From positions 1 through 64,000 of the IMG/VR virus record IMGVR_UViG_3300043778_000063: a DNA stretch of 64,000 bases; one strand, written 5' to 3'. The translations under genes were made by a program, and so were the position numbers. Below are positions 57,790-64,000 of this stretch, piece by piece; the first letter of the stretch is position 1; every line of letters starts with the position of its first letter. This DNA comes from a virus. The notes under the pieces were generated by a model. It worked only from the letters and a program-made list of their open reading frames with translations. It searched no databases and was not told the DNA's origin.

Positions 57790-58392
57790 TCAGTTTCCAT
57801 TCTGCAAGGTGATCACACATTTTGTCCATCCAGCAGTCAGCCCCCAAGGCTCAGGGACCAGCGTCACAAGCCACACTGTTCCGTCAGGCAATCGTATCAG
57901 ATCGCCACCCTTGAGCAAAACGCGCACCACTCCGTTCAGCGTTCCCGACACATAAAGCGCGCGCATTTCTCCCTGAAGGTTGAGCCCTTCCGTCTGATGG
58001 AGATCGCGCGTTGATAATGCCTGGACCTGCCCGATCAGGTTGAGCGCGGTGGTCATCGCCTCCGAGGCGATGGGCGTCGGCTGGATTTGGCTGAGGAGGT
58101 AGGTTCCGAGCCCCCCGGTGGTTCCCGTCAGTTGCGACGTGATCGTGGTGGCCGGCAGCAGCGCTCCGGCGTCGGATAGCGTCTGGCCGGCCTGCAGGAC
58201 CCCGCTGGCGACGTTGGTGACGGTCAGGACATCGCCCGAGACCGAGGCAGTGATTGCGCCTGGGGTGGCGAACGAGGGCGCCTGACTGCCATCTGGATTC
58301 TGCGCGCCGGGCCCGGTGCTGATCTGGACAGTCACCGGGATCAGAGGGTTGACCGCACCGACGTAGGGAGAAACGAGGCCGTGAAGGTTGAT
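57790..58392 (-). CDS. Head-closure / neck protein (probable ATC start)
   Basis: INLHGLV...AVNP, QVQALS, GGDLI, WLVT.V.E.W, W.K. Confidence 0.75.
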   Translation of the reverse strand: MNLHGLVSPYVGAVNPLIPVTVQISTGPGAQNPDGSQAPSFATPGAITASVSGDVLTVTNVASGVLQAGQTLSDAGALLPATTITSQLTGTTGGLGTYLLSQIQPTPIASEAMTTALNLIGQVQALSTRDLHQTEGLNLQGEMRALYVSGTLNGVVRVLLKGGDLIRLPDGTVWLVTLVPEPWGLTAGWTKCVITLQNGN

Positions 58393-58402
58393 CGCAGCCT
58401 CC

Positions 58403-59044
58403 TCAATTCATTCCAAATACCTGCAAAAATGCGAATATCGCATCGGTGGCCGTCGCCGCATTGATCGTCACCGCAACCGAGATCGCGGCGGACTCGTTCA
58501 GCGTGAGCAATGAAAATGCGGTGAGCGTGGCTAGATCCGCGCCACATTGACCGGCTTCGTGGATCGCGATTTGCGTATTCGAACCTGCGGCGCCATACTT
58601 GAACACATTGGCCGTGAGTTGCCAGCCGCCTGCCGAGGTCGTGGTGACGGGACCAAGTGCGGCGACAGTCGTGCCGCCGCTGACAATTGATCCAACGGCC
58701 GGCGCCGTCGCACCCATGATGATTTTGAACGTCTTGCTGGTCGCATTCAGTGCCGAGCCGGCTGCCATGATGTTGATGCCGCGATTCGCGATATCAAAGG
58801 CACCAACCGGAATACTCCCCACCGCCACCACATAGTCGCTCCCGGTCCCTGCAGGATTTCGACCGGCCGCTATGGTCTGAACGATCAGATTGCCGTCATC
58901 GCCCATCTGCAACGGGTTGTTGGCATTGGCGCCGAATGTTGCAGCACCGTTACCAAGCGATGCCCCGATCGCGGCAGCTTGGGCAGCGTTCAGATTGACA
59001 TCGCCAAGCGACGACCAAAGCACGAGGGAACTTTTGAGGGCCAT
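58403..59044 (-). CDS. Hypothetical beta-rich virion protein
   Basis: RBS AAGGAG; late operon. Confidence 0.7.
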   Translation of the reverse strand: MALKSSLVLWSSLGDVNLNAAQAAAIGASLGNGAATFGANANNPLQMGDDGNLIVQTIAAGRNPAGTGSDYVVAVGSIPVGAFDIANRGINIMAAGSALNATSKTFKIIMGATAPAVGSIVSGGTTVAALGPVTTTSAGGWQLTANVFKYGAAGSNTQIAIHEAGQCGADLATLTAFSLLTLNESAAISVAVTINAATATDAIFAFLQVFGMN

Positions 59045-59087
59045 GGTAGAACTCCTTCAGGTTTGCTCTGGGCGCCGAGGCGAATGA

Positions 59088-59597
59088 TTACCCGACTGCG
59101 GAGGTCGGCGGAAGCGGCTTGTGGATCTCGGCTTGGAGGGCGGCGGCGGCCGCAGCCTCATCGGTCGGCGGGGCGGGCGGCGCGGGAGCCTTGGCGGCCG
59201 CGGCGGCGATCTCTGCGGCCTGAGCGGCGGCGACATCTTCGGGCGAACTGGTCGAGGAATACGGTGGGGGCGGGTATTTTGCGGCGCTGTAGCCGGCCGC
59301 AACCCACTGCTCGATGGTCGGGCCGCCGGACTGGAGCGCCGGCGCTGATTCGCCGCGGACAGTCGGAGCGGCGGGCGGCAGCGGGACCGCGGCGCTCGGC
59401 GCGGCTGGCGTTGCCGCCAGCACGTGATCGCCACCAAGCGGCGTCATCGGGTTGCTCGGCGGCAGCGGCGCATTGATCTGGGCCGCGAGTTCGGCGCTGA
59501 TCGCCGGTTCCGCATTCACCCGTTCCCAATCGTCAATCATCGGAGCAACGCGCGCCTTGAAGGCCCGGTAGTCGGCATAGAAGCTGTCGAGATCCAT
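59088..59597 (-). CDS. Pro/Ala-rich hypothetical protein
   Basis: GPTIEQWVAAGY.A..YPP motif; RBS GAGGAGG. Confidence 0.7.
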   Translation of the reverse strand: MDLDSFYADYRAFKARVAPMIDDWERVNAEPAISAELAAQINAPLPPSNPMTPLGGDHVLAATPAAPSAAVPLPPAAPTVRGESAPALQSGGPTIEQWVAAGYSAAKYPPPPYSSTSSPEDVAAAQAAEIAAAAAKAPAPPAPPTDEAAAAAALQAEIHKPLPPTSAVG

Positions 59598-59618
59598 AGG
59601 ACCCTCCTCAGGTTGGGT

Positions 59619-60152
59619 TTACGTCACTTCGTGGCTGATCGACCCCAGGAGCATCCCTGTCCAGACCAAAGGTTTGGTCGAGGTGCCGGCCGAAGCCGTG
59701 TGACCCTGGGCGACCAAGCCGCGAGCCGCTGCGACATCTCTAGCACGAATGTCCCAAGGATTCGTCCAGAAAAACTCGCGCAGGACCAGCGTGACAGGGC
59801 TAAGGGGCGGCGTGTTCGTGTCCACGATCGATTGCCGCAATTGACCGGCAATGCCCTCGCCGACCATGTTGAGCGTCGCGGTCGCATCGTAGCCGTTGGC
59901 GACCAGCAGCGCGCCAGCGGCCGGGCCCCATTCATGGCTTTTGGCAGCGATCATGTTGCGGAAGAACGGCCGCGGGGGAATGCCAGCGCGGGGGGCACCG
60001 AATTCCTGTATGGCGGCCACAGTGGCTACCTTGGTGCCGTTGGGATAGGTCGCGTTCTCAAGGAATCCGACCTTGACGGTCTGCGCCGACGTTACGGCAC
60101 CGGCCATCTTCTGCAATTGGGCTTGGAATTTGTTCCCGCCGCGGACAGGCAT
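59619..60152 (-). CDS. Neck / tail completion protein
   Basis: VKVGFLE.ATYP, EFG...IPPRPFFR, KPLV.TG. Confidence 0.85.
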   Translation of the reverse strand: MPVRGGNKFQAQLQKMAGAVTSAQTVKVGFLENATYPNGTKVATVAAIQEFGAPRAGIPPRPFFRNMIAAKSHEWGPAAGALLVANGYDATATLNMVGEGIAGQLRQSIVDTNTPPLSPVTLVLREFFWTNPWDIRARDVAAARGLVAQGHTASAGTSTKPLVWTGMLLGSISHEVT

Positions 60153-60155
60153 GGT

Positions 60156-60659
60156 TCAATATCCGCCGCGCCACCGGCCGCCATACGGGAAGAGCAAGCT
60201 GTTTTCTGGCAGGATCGTCGGCTGCGCGACGTAGAAACCCTGCCGATAATTTGCGCTGGCAAACCAAAATTCTGCACCATAGCGCGTGGTCATAAACCAT
60301 GCCTGCGACGGCGAGCCCTCGTTGGCGTCCCCCATGTCGGCACCCACCGACACCGAGCCCTCCGAGGCCGTGTTGATTCGCCCCACGATCGGCGAGGCGG
60401 GCTGGCCGGTCGCGGCCGGGTTTCCGAACGCATCCCGCGGCGCGTTGAGCCACGCGATGTGCGCCGTCAGCAGGTAGAGCAGCCCCGTCAGTATCCCGCC
60501 GGTCGGGTCCTGCTGATAGGCCGGGTTGCAGGTATCGTTGCTGCAGAAATTGGTGGCCCGGTTGAACCACGCCTGCGCCGCCACCGGGTTCACAGCCGAG
60601 AACTCGCCGAATTGCGCGATCCAGTCCGTGAATACGAATGTGATCGCTGGCGTCGTCAT
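60156..60659 (-). CDS. Head-tail connector (DUF4054)
   Basis: LLTAHIA, VGRI..ASEGSVSV, WF.TT.YG..FW. Confidence 0.88.
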   Translation of the reverse strand: MTTPAITFVFTDWIAQFGEFSAVNPVAAQAWFNRATNFCSNDTCNPAYQQDPTGGILTGLLYLLTAHIAWLNAPRDAFGNPAATGQPASPIVGRINTASEGSVSVGADMGDANEGSPSQAWFMTTRYGAEFWFASANYRQGFYVAQPTILPENSLLFPYGGRWRGGY

Positions 60660-61012
60660 TCCGCAGCCTGATCGGTGACTTTTGGTTCCTGCTCGGTCTT
60701 GTCCTCGTTCTCGCCTGCCAGCGCGTTGTCTCCGAGCATCTTCGCTTTGAATGCGCGCACTGCCGCAGTCTCGGCGCGGATTGCCACTTCAATTGCCTTC
60801 GCGCCCTTGGCCTCTTCCATGAGCTCGGCCGCCGCAGCCACGACGCCGAGTTCTACCTGATCAATGACCTGCTTGACCTGGTCGAACATGGCACCGAGCC
60901 TTCCCGCCAACCGCTTCCCACCGATCTCCTGAGGCATCATCACGTCCTTCAAAGGCGCCGCCAGAACGCGGTCAAGTTCCTGACTCTTCGCGAGCGTCTC
61001 CGCGAAGGTCAC
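60656..61012 (-). CDS. Hypothetical protein
   Basis: GTGA/ATGA overlaps. Confidence 0.55.
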   Translation of the reverse strand: MTFAETLAKSQELDRVLAAPLKDVMMPQEIGGKRLAGRLGAMFDQVKQVIDQVELGVVAAAAELMEEAKGAKAIEVAIRAETAAVRAFKAKMLGDNALAGENEDKTEQEPKVTDQAAE

Positions 61013-61365
61013 AGCGTAGGGTTTGACTTGGCTTCCTCCTCGAGGAGAAAGATCTGCTTCAGTTGGACGGCCGGGTTCAGCCTGTTCTGCGCCAGCCATT
61101 TGCCCCACCATTCCGCGTCGACGTCCGTGATCCCAGGCTCAAGATCGTCCGGACTAGTGTTGCCGGCTCCCGTGTGCAGAGGGGACGGACCGTTGAGCCG
61201 GATGCCGGGTCCATCATGGACCGTCGGCTTGACGCCGGTGCCGTCATCCCAACCCACTTTCGAGAGACGGATTGCGACGCCGTTCGGGATGCGGCAGGCG
61301 ATGCGCACCGTCTTCCGTTCCGGCTGCATCTCGCTAGACGCCTTTTCTTGGTCTGGTTTCAACAT
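61009..61365 (-). CDS. Conserved post-capsid protein (paralog of upstream gene)
   Basis: V.IACRIPNG, T.VD.EWW..W..QN. Confidence 0.75.
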   Translation of the reverse strand: MLKPDQEKASSEMQPERKTVRIACRIPNGVAIRLSKVGWDDGTGVKPTVHDGPGIRLNGPSPLHTGAGNTSPDDLEPGITDVDAEWWGKWLAQNRLNPAVQLKQIFLLEEEAKSNPTL

Positions 61366-62023
61366 CGCTGACCTCTTCCCGGGTGGGCTTGGCGAACGCC
61401 CTGATGCGCGGATCGGACTTCGGATTGATCGGCTCCAGGCCACTCAGGATCGCCGCCTGTTCGGTCGCCTGCCCGCGCACCATATCCTCTTTTTCATGGG
61501 CGAAGATCAACCCATTCATCACGAGCGCGCTGCGCTTGTTCTGGTCCAACCACTGATCGAACCAGTCCTTGTCGATCCCGTAGTTCAGCGCGGCGCCGCC
61601 GACCATGACCGGAGGGTCGGGAAATTCCGATGGCTTCGCGCCTCGAGGATAGGCCGTGCCGCGGAGCCGGACAACTGACCCGGTCCGCCGTCCCTGCATC
61701 CGCTTCCGCGAGCCGGTCTGCGTCTCCTCGTTGACCTCGATCATCTCGCAAAGCTGCAGGTTGACATACGGCACGCCGATCTTGCAGGCGACGATCACCT
61801 TTGCGCCGGCGCGCTGGGGCTGCGCGACACCCCCAGAGGCGGCCGCAACGGCGCCAGGATCAGCGAACGCCTTCTGATTCAGCGCCTGGATTTGCTCGGA
61901 TGTCGGGCCATTGGATTCGCGTGGAGCGGCGCCTGCCATTTCGGCCCGGGCCTGCGCGGCGCCCTCGGCCCGCAGACGATCCTCACGCTCTGCTCGCTTC
62001 TGCTTGGCCGTCAGTGTCGACAT
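61334..62023 (-). CDS. Conserved post-capsid protein
   Basis: VIVACK, V.LRG, ID.DWF..W..QN, SGLEP. Confidence 0.8.
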   Translation of the reverse strand: MSTLTAKQKRAEREDRLRAEGAAQARAEMAGAAPRESNGPTSEQIQALNQKAFADPGAVAAASGGVAQPQRAGAKVIVACKIGVPYVNLQLCEMIEVNEETQTGSRKRMQGRRTGSVVRLRGTAYPRGAKPSEFPDPPVMVGGAALNYGIDKDWFDQWLDQNKRSALVMNGLIFAHEKEDMVRGQATEQAAILSGLEPINPKSDPRIRAFAKPTREEVSDVETRPRKGV

Positions 62024-62048
62024 GATCTCTTCCCTTCGTTGTGAGCCC

Positions 62049-62075
62049 GCCTCTCCACGTTATATATGGAGAGGC
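62049..62075. terminator. Hairpin downstream of the major capsid gene
   Basis: GCCTCTCCA...TGGAGAGGC; no U-tract. Confidence 0.35.
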
Positions 62076-62133
62076 TAAGGCTTCATACACAATTTTCCCC
62101 GGGAAGGGTTTCGATCCACGCCCTCGTGAGCGA

Positions 62134-63246
62134 CTAAACGCCGAGCATCCCAGCTATGCCAACCGGCATTCTCGTGACAACACCGAAGATCCCGCTCGTG
62201 TATTTCTGCAGCCAACTTGAGGCCTGCGGGATCAGTTTGTGTGCGCGGAGCTTCTCGTTGTAGGCTGGATAGGCGACTTTGCCGCCATCGATGTTATCGA
62301 CGATGATCTGAAACACGTTCCCGATGGCGGAATCGCCCTGGGTGTTGTTGGTGGTTTTCTGCCCGTACTGCGGCGCGGGGACAATTTTCATGTTCGGGAA
62401 GCCGCGCTTCAGGAGATCCTTGACGAAGACGCCGAACGAGTTCGCGAATTCCAGGGCAAGTTGCGACTGCGGCGATAGCGCCAGCGTCATCGGCGAGTCC
62501 ATCTCAACCGCACCGTTGGTCTGATTGATGATCTGCTCGACCACCGCCAGGATGTCGTTGTAGACCTCGTTGGCAGTTGCGGCCGGCGAGCCGGCGTTGA
62601 ACCATGATGTCCCGCCCCACGCCTTGATGGCGGGCGTCAAAAACGCCGAGAGGTACGGGTTGTTGATCAAGCCGTAGTTCTGCAGGCCAGCCAGGCCGAA
62701 GGCATATCCGAGGTTTCCGAATCGATTGAGCAATCCGGCCGCAGCGCTGGTGAGTTCGCCGACGTAGTTGATCCGCATCAAGCCGGCGCGCTCGGTCTCC
62801 CGCTCGCCGTAGTTGACGAAGGTCTGGAACAGATAGGACTGGAGTTGCGGGTAATTGAAGTTGATGCCGGTGCGGCCGTTGTTCGAATAATCGTCGTAGC
62901 TGGAAACTTCGCCGTTCTCCTCGATGACCGGGAAGATGTAGGTTTCCATTAGCCAGTCGCCGACCTTGCGCTCACCACCGAGGATCTTGGCGATCTGCAG
63001 CGGGGCAAATACGAACCGGATCACATCCGGGCTGATGCCGGTGGTGAGCATCGCGGGGAGCGCCGCATTCGGATCGGTGCCCAAGGTGCCGGCGGCATCG
63101 AACGCCATTTGTCTGAGCGACTTGTCCCCCGTGTTCTTCCACTCATCGGGAATGAACATTCGGGCGCCATCGAAAATAACCCCGCCCTCGTGGTTAAGGA
63201 CGTGCCTCACCTTGTTAAACTCGGCGATTGCTTGGTTCCGGTCCAT
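62134..63246 (-). CDS. Major capsid protein (DUF2184-like)
   Basis: GERKVGDW, YGE.E, NYGLINNP, KLRAH, P.GIA.M.GV. Confidence 0.9.
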   Translation of the reverse strand: MDRNQAIAEFNKVRHVLNHEGGVIFDGARMFIPDEWKNTGDKSLRQMAFDAAGTLGTDPNAALPAMLTTGISPDVIRFVFAPLQIAKILGGERKVGDWLMETYIFPVIEENGEVSSYDDYSNNGRTGINFNYPQLQSYLFQTFVNYGERETERAGLMRINYVGELTSAAAGLLNRFGNLGYAFGLAGLQNYGLINNPYLSAFLTPAIKAWGGTSWFNAGSPAATANEVYNDILAVVEQIINQTNGAVEMDSPMTLALSPQSQLALEFANSFGVFVKDLLKRGFPNMKIVPAPQYGQKTTNNTQGDSAIGNVFQIIVDNIDGGKVAYPAYNEKLRAHKLIPQASSWLQKYTSGIFGVVTRMPVGIAGMLGV

Positions 63247-63311
63247 CGATGAAGCTCCTGCTTTCCCGTTTCAATCCGCCTCAAACGAGACGTCAAAAAG
63301 TGACAACCCTA

Positions 63312-64000
63312 TCAGTTACCGCCGGCGTCCTTGAACGAACTGATCTTCACGGGCTCGAGCGGCAGGCCAGTCGAGCGCGCGTAGAAGGCGGTTTCGACCG
63401 CGAGGCTGGCTACAATCGTATTCGATGTGACGGTTTGGGTCGGATTCACGGCCATCGTTCCGCCCGTGCCGCCCGTGCCCGTGATATTGGCGGTGATCGT
63501 GGTGCCAGCCACGACAGTCGGGCCAGTAAGCACATCCCCCACCGCGAATGTTCCGGTCGCGGTACCGATGGTCAGGATTCCATAGGTGCCTGAAATCGTC
63601 TCTGATGCGGCCGTGATCTCACCCACGTTAAGGGAATATGTTCCCACTCCTCCGGGAGTTCCAGTCAATTGGGCCACGATCAGCGGAGCCGGTGCGGTCG
63701 GTATCGAAGTGCCGGAAATTGCAGCTCCAGGTGTGACGGTGCCAGAACCGACGTTCGTGACCGTCATGATATTGCCGGAGATCGAACCGGTCACCGAGAA
63801 CGTGGCCGGAGCGATGGTGCTGGTCGTCGCCGAGGCGCCACCGAAGGCTGTCCCGGTCGGTGCGAACGCCACCTTGCCGGTAGCAACGAATGCGAATGCT
63901 TTCTGGCCGTACTCAGCCTCGGTAGTACCGTCGTTCTGAACTGCGAAGTCGCCGGCGATCTGCAGCGCCGTCTGAGCGCCTGGTTGGACTTGCAAGCCGG
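63312..64000 (-). CDS. Capsid decoration / minor head protein (5' truncated)
   Basis: GDF.V, GQKAFA..ATG, VKISS; upstream of MCP; contains inserted repeat modules. Confidence 0.75.
   Translation of the reverse strand, partial: GLQVQPGAQTALQIAGDFAVQNDGTTEAEYGQKAFAFVATGKVAFAPTGTAFGGASATTSTIAPATFSVTGSISGNIMTVTNVGSGTVTPGAAISGTSIPTAPAPLIVAQLTGTPGGVGTYSLNVGEITAASETISGTYGILTIGTATGTFAVGDVLTGPTVVAGTTITANITGTGGTGGTMAVNPTQTVTSNTIVASLAVETAFYARSTGLPLEPVKISSFKDAGGN

Larger units (their letters stand above)
1..64000. mobile_element. Myovirus-type tailed phage genome segment (Bcep781/Aaphi23-like structural module)
   Basis: Contiguous terminase, portal, capsid, sheath, tube, baseplate, lysis and recombination genes; dense ATGA/GTGA gene overlaps; no host housekeeping genes. 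Confidence 0.95.

Noticed and set aside
56877-57800. Group I intron around the GIY-YIG gene
   Set aside because: Flanking genes are complete and abut the ORF, leaving no room for an intron core
1-64000. tRNA genes, att sites, GANTC/GATC bias
   Set aside because: No cloverleaf or att/integrase recognised by eye; motif bias cannot be counted reliably without tools

Overview
The whole window is a tailed dsDNA phage (myovirus-type, contractile tail) with high GC. A phage-encoded 'ADMAVKAP' outer-membrane protein suggests a Rhizobiales (Bradyrhizobium-like) host, by inference. Layout: a short + strand block (repeat protein, HTH, C5 methylase, 1-1702); a - strand packaging block (portal, TerL, HNH, putative TerS, 1706-11521); a mostly - strand replication/modification block (ASCH, two more methylases, initiator with iterons, PAPS-reductase-like, RusA, Cro-like, 11576-21716); a divergent + strand early/recombination block (HNH, ERF, YqaJ exonuclease, radical SAM, 21840-32528); and a long - strand late operon (lysis, tail fibres, baseplate, tape measure, tube, sheath, neck, major capsid, 32494-64000). 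No integrase, CI repressor, tRNA or CRISPR array was recognised. Most notable: (1) the portal is fused in frame to an intact-looking type IB topoisomerase through an 'AQD-HPRxxxGKFGSG' tag that is also on the next acidic protein, suggesting a capsid-cargo delivery system; (2) a ~600-nt structured non-coding region lies between TerL and portal; (3) tail fibres and other virion-type proteins carry Sec-like signal peptides; (4) a ~70-aa beta-rich module is inserted about 9 times in 5 structural proteins; (5) small genes appear inserted with duplication of the upstream gene's 3' end; (6) there is a probable AUC start codon and a -1 frameshift site. All product calls come from motifs recognised by eye; no searches were run.
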